A DNA stretch of 64,000 nucleotides from Pirellulaceae bacterium (GTDB taxonomy: Bacteria; Planctomycetota; Planctomycetia; Pirellulales; Pirellulaceae). Location: NCBI GenBank assembly GCA_035998725.1, contig DASYHJ010000003.1, positions 53,087-117,086 of the forward strand, written 5' to 3'. Positions 38,449 through 49,939 of this stretch are shown here, in pieces. Positions within the stretch are counted from its first letter, which is position 1. Each line of letters begins with the position of its first letter. The translations under genes were made by a program, and so were the position numbers. Under the pieces are notes generated by a model. It was not told where the DNA came from, did not search any database, and was given only the letters and a program-made list of their open reading frames with translations.

Positions 38449-39474
38449 TCAGCCTTTCTTCGGCGCCTCGACGGGGCTCACGACCTTCTCGATCTGGATC
38501 GCCTTCTTCCCCTTGAGCTGGCCGGGACTGGCGAGGAACTTCGGGGCATCGGAGATCGAGACGGTCAGCGGCTGACGGACGTCGTGCTCCGTCAGGATGA
38601 CGTCCCCGACGCGAAGGCCGATCAGTTCCTCGACGCTGATCTTTCCCGGGGCGAAGCGGACGACCAGTTCCAGCTCCGAGCGGTCGAGACTCCGCGAGAC
38701 GGTTTCTTTCGTCTTGTCGGTGACGTTGGTGCGGCCGTAGCCGGCCCAGGTCTTCTCGGCCAGGTTGGAGCCGATGCGCTCGATCGAGTTGTACGGGATG
38801 CAGAGGTTGATCATCCCGCGAACGTCGTTCACGCAGGCTTCGAACGTCACGAGGATGACGACTTCGCTCGGCGGAACGACCTGCACCAGTTGCGGGTTCG
38901 ACTCGATCTTCTCGACGGCCAGTTCCAGCGAGACGAGCGTTTCCCACGCCCGCTTCAGCTCGCGCAGGAAGAGCTGCACGATTCGCTCGACGATCTTCAG
39001 TTCGATCTCGGTCAACGCCCGCCTTTGAATCATGCCCGATTCCTTGCCGCCGCCCAGCAGGCGGTCGATCATCGGAAAGAGCACGACCGGATCGAGGTCG
39101 AGAATCAGATTCCCCGGCAGCGGGTCCGCCTTGAGCAGAACGAAGCAGGTCGGGTTCTCGAGACTGAAGACGAACTCGCCGTAGGTGAGCTGGTCGACGC
39201 TGACGAGTTTCAGATCGACGACGCTGCGCAGCACGTTCGACAGGGAGACGCTGAAGTTGCGTCCGAGCCCGTCGTGCAGCGTCTGGAGCGCCCGCATCTG
39301 CTCTTTGCCGACGCGTTCCGGGCGTTTGAAGTCGTACGGAACGATCTTCTCGCGCCCGCGACGCTCTTCGTTGGCGACGTGCTTCACGGCAGGGCGCTGC
39401 GCATCGTCCGCGTTCGGATCGAGCGAGCTGAGCAGGTTCTCGACTTCGTCGTGCGAAAGCACTTCGTCGCTCAT
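38449..39474 (-). CDS. fliM: Flagellar motor switch protein FliM
   Basis: N-terminal 'MSDEVLSHDEVENLL' CheY-P-binding motif, 'YDFKRPERVGKEQ', and a C-terminal FliN-like SpoA domain. Trimmed to the ATG at 39472-39474. Confidence 0.85.
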   Translation of the reverse strand: MSDEVLSHDEVENLLSSLDPNADDAQRPAVKHVANEERRGREKIVPYDFKRPERVGKEQMRALQTLHDGLGRNFSVSLSNVLRSVVDLKLVSVDQLTYGEFVFSLENPTCFVLLKADPLPGNLILDLDPVVLFPMIDRLLGGGKESGMIQRRALTEIELKIVERIVQLFLRELKRAWETLVSLELAVEKIESNPQLVQVVPPSEVVILVTFEACVNDVRGMINLCIPYNSIERIGSNLAEKTWAGYGRTNVTDKTKETVSRSLDRSELELVVRFAPGKISVEELIGLRVGDVILTEHDVRQPLTVSISDAPKFLASPGQLKGKKAIQIEKVVSPVEAPKKG

Positions 39475-39540
39475 CGGTCCCTCCCTGGACGTCAAGAGCT
39501 TCTGGCCCGCGTCAAAATGAACGGCGGTCGTAAGCTTCAC

Positions 39541-39695
39541 GTGTGCCATGCCCACATCTCCCAAGGAAGAGTGGGCATGCGAGCCGGAGTCAGATGTCAG
39601 CTTCCGATTTCACCCCTGACGTCGTGAATGCCGATCGCCGTAGCCGAGTCAGTCCCGCATGCCCAAGCTGCTGACGCGACGTGGGCATGGCACAC
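39541..39695. repeat. Variant inverted-repeat element (GTGTGCCATGCCCAC arms with nested TGGGCATGCG/CGCATGCCCA repeats)
   Basis: Arms at 39541-39555 and 39681-39695, sharing the GTGTGCCATG terminus with Family A. Nested second IR. Lies between proA and fliM. Confidence 0.65.
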
Positions 39696-39715
39696 AATCG
39701 AGTGCCTTCGCGGTT

Positions 39716-40987
39716 CTACTGTCGGATCTGGCCGTCTCCGACGACCACGTACTTGTAGCTGGTCAGTTCCTCGAGGCCGCAGGGGCCGCGAGCGTGGAAC
39801 TTGTCGGTGCTGATCCCGATCTCCGCGCCCATGCCGAACTCGCCGCCGTCGTGGAATCGCGTGCTGGCGTTGATCATGACTGCCGCGGAGTCGACGCCTG
39901 CCGCGAACTTCTGCGACGCCGTCAGGTCGCGCGTGACGATGGCGTCCGTGTGGTGCGAACCGTAGCGTTCGATCCAGTCGATCGCCTGCTCGAGCGAATC
40001 GACTACCTTGCAGGAGATCGCTGGCCCGAGGTACTCCGTCGACCAGTCTTCCTCGGTCGCCGCGATGGCGTCCCTGATTGCCGCACGCGTCGCTTCGTCG
40101 CCGCGGATCTGGATGCCGCGCTCGATTAGCTCCTTGCCGATCTTCGGCAGGAACGTCTTTGCGACGTCGCGGTGAATCAGAATCGACTCGCACGCGTTGC
40201 AGACGCCCATGCGACTGCACTTGGAGTTCACCACGATCTTCGCCGCCAGTTCGAGATCGGCGGCGGAGTCGACGTAGACGTGGCAGTTGCCGTCGAAGTG
40301 CTTGATGACGGGCATCGTCGCTTCGTCGGCGACGCGACGGATCAGGCCGGCGCCGCCGCGAGGAATGGCGACGTCGATGCAGTCGTTCATCCTCAGCAGA
40401 TGGCCCACGATGTCGCGGTCGGACGACTCCACGATCTGGACGGCGTCGGTCGGCAGATCGTGCCGAACGAGTTCCTCCCGCAGGACGGCGACGATCGCGG
40501 CGCTGCTGTTCGCCGCTTCCTTTCCGCCGCGAAGGATCACGGCGTTGCCGCTCTTCACGCAGATCGCCGCGGCGTCGGCGGTGACATTCGGGCGCGACTC
40601 GTAGATGAAGAAGACCGTGCCGAGCGGCACCCGGATCTTCGAGATCGACAGTCCGTTGGGACGCCGCGTATGGTCGATAACGCGGCCGATGGGATCGGGG
40701 AGCGAGGCGATCTGCTCCAGGCCCGCCGCGATGGCGTCGACTCGCTTCCTGTCGAGCCGCAGGCGATCCTTCTCCGCGTCGGTCAAACCGAACCCGTCGG
40801 CGTTGTCCAGATCCCGGGCATTGGCTTCCAGAATCGAGGCGGTCGCTTCGCGAAGCGCGGCAGCCGAGGATCTGAGCCAGGCGTCGCGAAGTTCGCCCGA
40901 CGCCGTGGCCAGACCCTTCGACGCGGCACGGGCTCGCTCGGCGAGTCGTCGGCTGTAGGTTTTCGTGTCGGTTTCGACGACGGCCAT
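39716..40987 (-). CDS. proA: Gamma-glutamyl phosphate reductase
   Basis: Aldehyde dehydrogenase fold with the ProA catalytic Cys region 'MGVCNACESILIH'. An alternative TTG start lies at 41006-41008. Confidence 0.9.
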   Translation of the reverse strand: MAVVETDTKTYSRRLAERARAASKGLATASGELRDAWLRSSAAALREATASILEANARDLDNADGFGLTDAEKDRLRLDRKRVDAIAAGLEQIASLPDPIGRVIDHTRRPNGLSISKIRVPLGTVFFIYESRPNVTADAAAICVKSGNAVILRGGKEAANSSAAIVAVLREELVRHDLPTDAVQIVESSDRDIVGHLLRMNDCIDVAIPRGGAGLIRRVADEATMPVIKHFDGNCHVYVDSAADLELAAKIVVNSKCSRMGVCNACESILIHRDVAKTFLPKIGKELIERGIQIRGDEATRAAIRDAIAATEEDWSTEYLGPAISCKVVDSLEQAIDWIERYGSHHTDAIVTRDLTASQKFAAGVDSAAVMINASTRFHDGGEFGMGAEIGISTDKFHARGPCGLEELTSYKYVVVGDGQIRQ

Positions 40988-41107
40988 GCGAGCAGAACTT
41001 TCGGTCAACGTGCGGCAGGCACGGAACTTCCGCGCTTTCGCAGTATGGAAAAGGAGGCAAAGCGGGTCAATGCCGTTCAGCCGGCAGCCCCTTCCTCCCT
41101 CAGCGCC

Positions 41108-41980
41108 TTAAGTAGCTTGACCGCCGAAGGTTACAGCGCCCAATCCGCCGCAGGCCGCGAACACGGCCAGTGCGTCGCGCGTGGCCTGGACATCATGCAC
41201 GCGAAGAATCGGAATGCCCGCCGCCGCCAGGGCCAGGGACGCTCCGAGCGTGCCGGCGGTTCGGTCGCGTTCCTTGCTTGCCATCGCCTTCGCGATGAAG
41301 CCCTTCCGGGAATGGCCCACCAGAATCGGCGCCGGAAGGTCGAGAAATCGCCGGGCCGAGCGGACCAGTTCGAAATTGTGCTCGTGCGTCTTGCCGAACC
41401 CGATGCCGGGGTCGAGGCAGATCGTCTCCGCCGGCACGCCTGCCGCGACGAGCGAGGCGAACCGGGCCTGCAGATAGCCGTGGATCTCCGCGACTACGTC
41501 GTGGTACCGCGGGTCGTCCTGCATCGTCTGGGGCGTGCCGCGCATGTGCATCGCGCAGACGCCGGGGCGGTACTCGCGGACGACGTCCAGCATCTGCGGA
41601 TCGCCTTCGAGCCCCGTAACGTCGTTCACGATCTCCGCGCCTGCGTCGAGAGCCGCCCTCGCGACGCAGGACTTATAGGTATCGATAGAGACAGGAACGG
41701 TGGTCCTTCGGCAGACCTCGGCGACGACGCGTCCGACACGCCTCCACTCTTCCGCCTGCTCGACCGGCGTAGCGTAGGGGCGGGTGCTCTCGCCGCCGAT
41801 ATCGAGGATGTCCGCCCCCTCGTCCGCCAGCCGAAGCGCCTGCTCGATCGCCCGCTCCGCGTCGAAGAACGCGTTCCCGTCGGAGAACGAATCGGGCGTG
41901 ACGTTCACGATTCCCATCAGCCGCGGAAGGCCGACAAGATCGAGCTTCCTTGTTCGCAGCGTCCAGGATCGGGAGGGCAT
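41108..41980 (-). CDS. folP: Dihydropteroate synthase
   Basis: 'MGIVNVTPDSFSDGN' pterin-binding signature. Confidence 0.9.
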   Translation of the reverse strand: MPSRSWTLRTRKLDLVGLPRLMGIVNVTPDSFSDGNAFFDAERAIEQALRLADEGADILDIGGESTRPYATPVEQAEEWRRVGRVVAEVCRRTTVPVSIDTYKSCVARAALDAGAEIVNDVTGLEGDPQMLDVVREYRPGVCAMHMRGTPQTMQDDPRYHDVVAEIHGYLQARFASLVAAGVPAETICLDPGIGFGKTHEHNFELVRSARRFLDLPAPILVGHSRKGFIAKAMASKERDRTAGTLGASLALAAAGIPILRVHDVQATRDALAVFAACGGLGAVTFGGQAT

Positions 41981-42002
41981 AAGGACGTGCGGCTAGACGC
42001 GG

Positions 42003-42161
42003 GTGTGCCACTGCTGGCTTGCCCAGCAGTGCAGCGGGCGGAGTTCGACTTTCTATCTCGTCAGGTCGTCACGAAGGTTCGCTCTACTTCGTGAGGGACC
42101 GCCTCGAATGGGACGCGATCTCAGGGGCTCTGCACTGCTGGGCACGCCAGCAGTGGCACAC
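42003..42161. repeat. Family-A inverted-repeat element
   Basis: Arms GTGTGCCACTGCTGGCTTGCCCAGCAGTGCAG (42003-42034) and reverse complement (42130-42161), with inner hairpin CACGAAG...CTTCGTG. Confidence 0.85.
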
Positions 42162-42179
42162 AGAGATAAAACGATCGAC

Positions 42180-44021
42180 CTACCGCTTCAGATCGTACTC
42201 TTCCAGCTTGCGATAGAGCGTCGCGCGGCTGATGCCGAGCAGCTTGGCGGCCTGGGGAACTCCGCCGCCGGTGCGAGAGAGCGCCCGCTCGATGAGCTTC
42301 TTCTCCCAGCGATCGATGCGGAGATCGTCCGCCGACTCCTCGGTCGACGCGTCGCGCAGGCCCAGATCCTCCGGGTCGATCGTGCTGCTGTCGGCCATGA
42401 CGACCGCGCTGTCGATCACGTTGCGAAGCTGCCGAACGTTGCCTGGCCAGGAGTAGGCGATCAATCGGTCCCGCGCGGCCGGGGCCAGCTTCAACTGCAG
42501 GCGACCGTGCTGGAGTTTGAAGTGCTCGAAGAAGTGATCGACGAGCAGGCCCACGTCGGTCCCGCGATCTCGCAGCGGCGGAATCTGCAGTTCGAAAACG
42601 CTCAGGCGATAGTAGAGATCCTCGCGGAACTTCTTCTCGCGAACGAACTCCCGCAAATCGCGATTCGTTGCGGCCAGCACGCGCACGTCGACGGAGACCT
42701 CCTTTACGCCGCCGACTGGAAGGAAGGCGTGCCCTTCCAGGATGCGAAGGAGCTTGGCCTGACCCTCGAGCGTCAGTTCGCCGACCTCATCCAGGAAGAG
42801 CGTCCCGGAGTCGGCCTGGCGGAAGTAACCGGGATGGTCGGCGTCGGCGCTGGTGAAAGAGCCTTTCTTATGGCCGAAGAGCTGGCTCTCCATCAGCTCC
42901 GCCGGAATAGCGGCGCAGTTGACCGAGAGCATCGGTCGATCGGCCCGCGGACTCATTCGGTGGAGCGCCCGGGCGACCAGTTCCTTCCCGGAGCCGCTTT
43001 CGCCGCGGATCAGGACGCAGCCGCTCGCCCTCGCGATTCGTTTGATCTTGTCGCGAAGCTCGATCATCGGCTTGCTTTCGCCGATCAGTTCGCCCTGGTC
43101 GGCGTTCTTCGCCACCAGCCGCGCGTTCTCTTCCCGCAGTCGGGCCTGTTCCCGTGCGCGAACCAGCGCGATCACGAGCGCGTTGGCGACGAGGATCGCG
43201 TAATCGAAGTCGGCGTCTTCGAAGCGACCGCCCGCTCGGTAGAGATGGATCGCGCCGAGCGTTTCGTCGGAGTAGATCAGCGGAACGCAGATCGCCTCGT
43301 CGAACGCCGCCAGATCGCGCCCCGCGGAACTGGAGTCCCGGCAGTCGATGCGGATGGCATTCTGTTCCCGAATGACTTTCTGAGTCAACTCCTTCGACAG
43401 AACCGCGCGGTGGGCGTCCTGCTCCGGAATAGCCAGCTTCGGCTTCAGGCGCCCTTCGTCGACCCACAGAAAGCCGATCACCGTCGCCTTCGTGCGTTCC
43501 TTCAAATCTTCCAGCGAGACCCGAACGACGTCGTCGGGGTTGGAATTGCCGAGCAGGCGGACGCTGAGATCGCTGAAGCGGATAAAGTCCGTGTCGGGAC
43601 CGCGGCCCTTCACGCCGACCGGCTTTCGCAGCGAGCCGGCGCCGCGTTTGACGTCGACCTTCGCTCCGAAGTTGAGGGTCTGCGTGCCGGAAAGATCGTC
43701 GTCATCGTCCAGCGAACGAACGCTCTGGCCCGCTCCGTTGAAGCGCATCGTGGTCGAGCCGATGCGGATCTTTCCCCCTTCGCGGAGCGGCGCCTGCTCG
43801 ATCTTTCGCCCGTCCAGAAACGTGCCGTTGCGACTGCTGGAGTCGCGCACGAACCACTCGTCGCCGGCACGGTAGATCGCGGCGTGGACGCGCGAGGCGA
43901 GCGGATCGGTCAGCACGATCCGGCACTCCGTGCCGCGTCCGATGAGGTTTTCGGACTCTTCGTTGAGCGGGATCGGCCGACCGGCGCGGTCCCCGTCCAG
44001 GATGCTCAGAATGGCGTTCAA
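42180..44021 (-). CDS. Sigma-54-dependent transcriptional activator with two N-terminal FHA domains and a GAF domain
   Basis: FHA motifs 'IGRGTECRIVLTDPLASRVHAAIY' and 'RNGTFLDGRKI'. AAA+ 'GESGSGKELVARALH', 'GAFT'-like ESQLFGH. C-terminal Fis-type HTH. Apparent TTG start. Confidence 0.85.
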   Translation of the reverse strand: MNAILSILDGDRAGRPIPLNEESENLIGRGTECRIVLTDPLASRVHAAIYRAGDEWFVRDSSSRNGTFLDGRKIEQAPLREGGKIRIGSTTMRFNGAGQSVRSLDDDDDLSGTQTLNFGAKVDVKRGAGSLRKPVGVKGRGPDTDFIRFSDLSVRLLGNSNPDDVVRVSLEDLKERTKATVIGFLWVDEGRLKPKLAIPEQDAHRAVLSKELTQKVIREQNAIRIDCRDSSSAGRDLAAFDEAICVPLIYSDETLGAIHLYRAGGRFEDADFDYAILVANALVIALVRAREQARLREENARLVAKNADQGELIGESKPMIELRDKIKRIARASGCVLIRGESGSGKELVARALHRMSPRADRPMLSVNCAAIPAELMESQLFGHKKGSFTSADADHPGYFRQADSGTLFLDEVGELTLEGQAKLLRILEGHAFLPVGGVKEVSVDVRVLAATNRDLREFVREKKFREDLYYRLSVFELQIPPLRDRGTDVGLLVDHFFEHFKLQHGRLQLKLAPAARDRLIAYSWPGNVRQLRNVIDSAVVMADSSTIDPEDLGLRDASTEESADDLRIDRWEKKLIERALSRTGGGVPQAAKLLGISRATLYRKLEEYDLKR

Positions 44022-44262
44022 GCGGCGTCCGTCATGCGCGGGCGACGAGACAGGAAGATGACCTGCACGTAGTGTACCGCATGCCGCCGATCGTCAGCAG
44101 GCATGCCGGGGGGTCTCGTCCGACTCCCGCGTCGCTCGTTTCGCCGCTCTCGCCGGGGGAAAAGCTAGGCTAGTCGGCATTGCCGGCCCTACCGGCGCCC
44201 GCGACAATCCAGACCTTCTCCGCCCGCTCCGCCGCGCCCGCTCCGCTCATCGCCATCACCGA

Positions 44263-45321
44263 GTGCCCATGCGCATCCGCCGAATCCGAATCCTGCATCC
44301 TGAGAACGCCAGCAGGACGCCCGCGTGGAAACGCTCCAAGGGCCACGTCGTGGTGGGCCTCTGGACGGACGAGGGGCACATCGCGCTCGGCGAAGGGGGC
44401 GGAGGGGAAAAGGGGATCAACTTCCTCGTCGAGGAGATCTTCCCCGATCTGCTCCGTCGGGAGTTCGCCGACATCGACGCCGGATTCGCCCGCGTCGGCG
44501 AGCTTCAGAAACAGCATCGGGAACCGCATCAGATCATGGCGCTCAGCGCGCTCGATCTCGCGCTGTGGGATCTTCGCGGCAAGACGCTGGGTCAGCCCGT
44601 CGCGCGACTGCTCGACCCGAAGGTCGATCTGTCGGTCCCTCTGCCGGTCTATCGCGTCGCAGCGTCCCGCGACGACGCGCTGGTCGCGCTCGACGCTGGT
44701 TTCGCCGGCGTCAAGGTCCGCCAGATCGAGGCCGATCGCCAGCCTCGGCCGGAGAAGATCACGCGGCTCTTTTCGCAGGTGCGGGAGGTCGTCGGGCCGG
44801 ACTATCCGCTGATGCTCGACGCGTTCGGCTACTGGACCGTGGAGCAGGCGATGGACGTCGCGCTGGCGTCGTCGGATCTCCGCCCCTACTGGCTGGAAGA
44901 GCCCTTTCCGAACTACGACTTCGACAGCTATCGCCGCCTGGTCAACGTCTGTCCGATCCCGATCGCGGGAGGCGAGCACGAAACGAGCGTGGAGCAGTTC
45001 GACAAGATCATCGACGAGCGGATTCACAGCATCCTTCAGCCGGACGTCTCGTGGTGCGGCGGGATGACCGCGCTGCAGGCTCTGTACGCCAAGGCGAGCG
45101 ATCGTTACCTGCGAGTCTGCCCCCATCGCGGCGGCGAGCCCTACGCTCTTCATGCGATCGCCGCGTTCGACGGAATGCCGCTGGTCGACGAGCCGCGATA
45201 CTGGACCGACTGCTACGGCGACGCGCCTCAGCCTCAGAACGGCGTCCTCCGTCTCTCCGATGCGCCCGGCTTCGGCATCTCCGTGCCCGAGGAACGCTGG
45301 GAGCGAGAGTTCGTCGCGTAA
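44263..45321 (+). CDS. Enolase-superfamily enzyme (mandelate racemase / muconate lactonizing family)
   Basis: MR/MLE N- and C-terminal barrel motifs, 'LDLALWDLRGK', metal ligands D...E...E/D. Confidence 0.65.
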   Translation: MPMRIRRIRILHPENASRTPAWKRSKGHVVVGLWTDEGHIALGEGGGGEKGINFLVEEIFPDLLRREFADIDAGFARVGELQKQHREPHQIMALSALDLALWDLRGKTLGQPVARLLDPKVDLSVPLPVYRVAASRDDALVALDAGFAGVKVRQIEADRQPRPEKITRLFSQVREVVGPDYPLMLDAFGYWTVEQAMDVALASSDLRPYWLEEPFPNYDFDSYRRLVNVCPIPIAGGEHETSVEQFDKIIDERIHSILQPDVSWCGGMTALQALYAKASDRYLRVCPHRGGEPYALHAIAAFDGMPLVDEPRYWTDCYGDAPQPQNGVLRLSDAPGFGISVPEERWEREFVA

Positions 45322-45385
45322 GCCTTTCGCCTTCCCGCCGCTCGACGCGATCGGGATCGAATGCTTGCGAAGCGAACAGGCGCTG

Positions 45386-45535
45386 GTGTGCCATGGCTGG
45401 CTTGTCCAGCCGTGCGGACTCGCGGAGTCGGCCGCAAGTTACGCATACGCTCCCCGTCAGACAACGATCGCGGGGGGACCATCTCATCGGATGCAGACGG
45501 GAGAGGCACGGCCGGGCAGGCCGGCCAGGGCACAC
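45386..45535. repeat. Family-A inverted-repeat element (right arm degenerate)
   Basis: Left arm at 45386-45416, exact. Right arm at 45507-45535, CACGGCCGGGCAGGCCGGCCAGGGCACAC, degenerate. Confidence 0.7.
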
Positions 45536-45635
45536 GGAGACCCTTCGCGATCGTCTGCCAGGGGGTTCAGGCTGAACGCGACGGGGCTAGACTGCCGGAG
45601 ACTTCCGACCGTCTCCTTTTGTTCGCCGTCTCGTC

Positions 45636-47717
<2,082 letters not shown>

Positions 47718-47757
47718 CCCGCTTCGTGTGTCACGGCTGTCGGCGACTCGCGCCGAA

Positions 47758-48906
47758 CTACGGGCGGTTCGCCGCGTCGATCAACGTCACCGGCCCTACC
47801 AGGCCTTTGCCTCTACGCCAGATGGTGAGCGTGATCGTGTCGCCGGGGCGACGGAGTTCGAGGAGCGCCTGCAAGTCCCGCGGATTGAGCGCCGGTCGGC
47901 CGTCGAACGACATGAGGATATCGTCCGCCTCGAGCCCCAGATTAGCGGCGGGACCGCCCGGCGTAACGCTGGTGACCAGCGCGCCCTGTACGTTGGTGGC
48001 GCCGAGTCGCTGCGCATCGGCAGCGGTCAACTCCGTCACGAACAGTCCCAGGTAGGCTCGCCCGCCGGTCGCAGGCGTTCCCCCGCCTCCGCCGACGCCG
48101 GTTCCCGACGCCTGGAGCAGCGATCGGAGAATGGTTCGTGACTCAGTGACGGGATAGGCGAACGAGGCGGCGCTGCCGCGGGGCGCCATCGTCGGCGCGA
48201 GGTTGAACCCGACCACTTCGCCGGTCAGACTCACCAGCGGTCCGCCGGCTTTGGACCAGTCGACGTCGGCGTCATGCTGCAGGGCGTAGACGCCGCCGAG
48301 ATCGGGGTTGCGGGCGGACTTCGTTCCGATCACGCCTGCCGAGAAGCTCGCCACGTCGCCCGTGCCGCCGCCGACGGCGAGGACCCAGTCACCGCGCTGC
48401 AGCGTCTGGGAATTGCCGAAAGGAGCGAAGGGGAGTCGAGTCGTGGGGTCGATGCGAATGATGGCCAGATCGCTTACGGCGTCCGTCTTCAGGGAGTGTG
48501 CGTTGTAGACGCGTCCATCGGCGGTACGTACGCGCGCCGAGGCGGCGTACTGGAAAAGCCGAGCGCTCGTGACGATGTGCCCCTGTTCGGTAATGATGAC
48601 CCCGGCGCCGACGCGCGGGCGGTCGTCTGCCCCGACGACGCCGGTCGGAACGGCGCCGACGGGATCGCCGGCGGCGCCGATCAAGATCGTCACGACCGTC
48701 GGCTCGATGCGCTGGATCGCCTGACGGAACGACGGGGAGAGCGTTGCGGGATCCGCGTATTGACCGTGAGCGACCGAAAGGTCCGAACCGAAGACAATGC
48801 AAATCCACGCCGCACAGACCGCCGCACCGCGCAAGAGGTTCCGACGCGGGATCCGCAGGGATCCTTCGATTCGACGGGTTTTTTCTCGGCGGGGGAGCGA
48901 CGTCAT
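47758..48906 (-). CDS. HtrA/DegP-family serine protease with C-terminal PDZ domain
   Basis: Signal/TM, trypsin-like 'GGPLVSLTGEVVGFN', then a PDZ domain. Confidence 0.8.
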   Translation of the reverse strand: MTSLPRREKTRRIEGSLRIPRRNLLRGAAVCAAWICIVFGSDLSVAHGQYADPATLSPSFRQAIQRIEPTVVTILIGAAGDPVGAVPTGVVGADDRPRVGAGVIITEQGHIVTSARLFQYAASARVRTADGRVYNAHSLKTDAVSDLAIIRIDPTTRLPFAPFGNSQTLQRGDWVLAVGGGTGDVASFSAGVIGTKSARNPDLGGVYALQHDADVDWSKAGGPLVSLTGEVVGFNLAPTMAPRGSAASFAYPVTESRTILRSLLQASGTGVGGGGGTPATGGRAYLGLFVTELTAADAQRLGATNVQGALVTSVTPGGPAANLGLEADDILMSFDGRPALNPRDLQALLELRRPGDTITLTIWRRGKGLVGPVTLIDAANRP

Positions 48907-49184
48907 AGTTTCAGCAGGCGGGCGGCGTCCTTGCGAAGAGCCGATCGGCGTGCGAACGACGCTCGACGTGTCTGAGCGGCGAACGCGGATTCGTCGTTAC
49001 AGTCTAGTTGCGGAATAGCGCCGTTCTGAAACAGGAGTTCCCCGGCAGCGGACGAAGGCGTTCGACCGGCCCGGCGGCGCCGGTTGTGCCGAACGTGCCG
49101 CCGCCGCTACGATGACCGCGGAGCGTTTAGGCCGCCAGGACCGCTGAATCTCGTTCAGAAACCGCATCGTCAGAGACCGGAAGC

Positions 49185-49661
49185 ATGGAACGCTGGGTCG
49201 AAATCGAGTTCGATTGCCTCCCCCTCCGGTCGATCCACCGGTTCGATATTCCCATCGACGCCTCGCCCCGGTATCGGAGGTTCCTGGAGGACGTCTTCGC
49301 CGCCCTCGAGAAGCACGGCAGCCTGAATTCCTATTACCTCTACCGGGCGACCTGCACCTACCGCCTGCTGAACGATCCGACGGCGGGAATGATCCAGTTC
49401 GGCTTCGAGGGAACCCTCCTGACCGAGGCGGACGATCGCGTCGGCCGACACGCCGATCTACGGGTCGAACTGGTCCGGGAGACGTGCGACTGGCTGACCG
49501 AGCCGGTCGTCCAGTGGTTCGCGGAAACGGTGCCGCGGAGCGTCCTGACGGAGTTCAACCGCTACATCCAGGCCGGCGATCTGGCCAAGACCGAGGAGCG
49601 GCTGGCGAAGCTCAGGGAAGAGACCGACTCCTCCGAGGGCTACATGGGGATGTACCTGTAG
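49185..49661 (+). CDS. hypothetical protein (158 aa)
   Basis: ATG start with high-GC third-position codon usage. No recognisable domain. Upstream of ftsH. Confidence 0.45.
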   Translation: MERWVEIEFDCLPLRSIHRFDIPIDASPRYRRFLEDVFAALEKHGSLNSYYLYRATCTYRLLNDPTAGMIQFGFEGTLLTEADDRVGRHADLRVELVRETCDWLTEPVVQWFAETVPRSVLTEFNRYIQAGDLAKTEERLAKLREETDSSEGYMGMYL

Positions 49662-49939
49662 CGAGCGGTTGGGCGCGGGGTCGGGAGATCCGCCACCCAG
49701 CGCAGGGGGCGGCGGAGATCTGCAGCGGCGTTGCGAACGGCTTGAAAAGAACTACGCTCGGTTTCCCCCTTTCAGGCGGCGGCGTAAACTTACTCGCGGC
49801 CCGCAGATTCTGCCGGGGATCGGCATCGGTCATGCTGCGAAAGCCGCGCGATAAGTCCGCGCGACAGTTCGCGGGTAGGAAGCGGGGCACGACGGCGATT
49901 CCGCCGCGTCCGTTCGAGAGGATTCGTTAAGGAATCGAG

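Noticed and set aside
44170-45153. 327-aa minus-strand ORF
   Set aside because: Antisense to the enolase-superfamily gene, which has clear family motifs.
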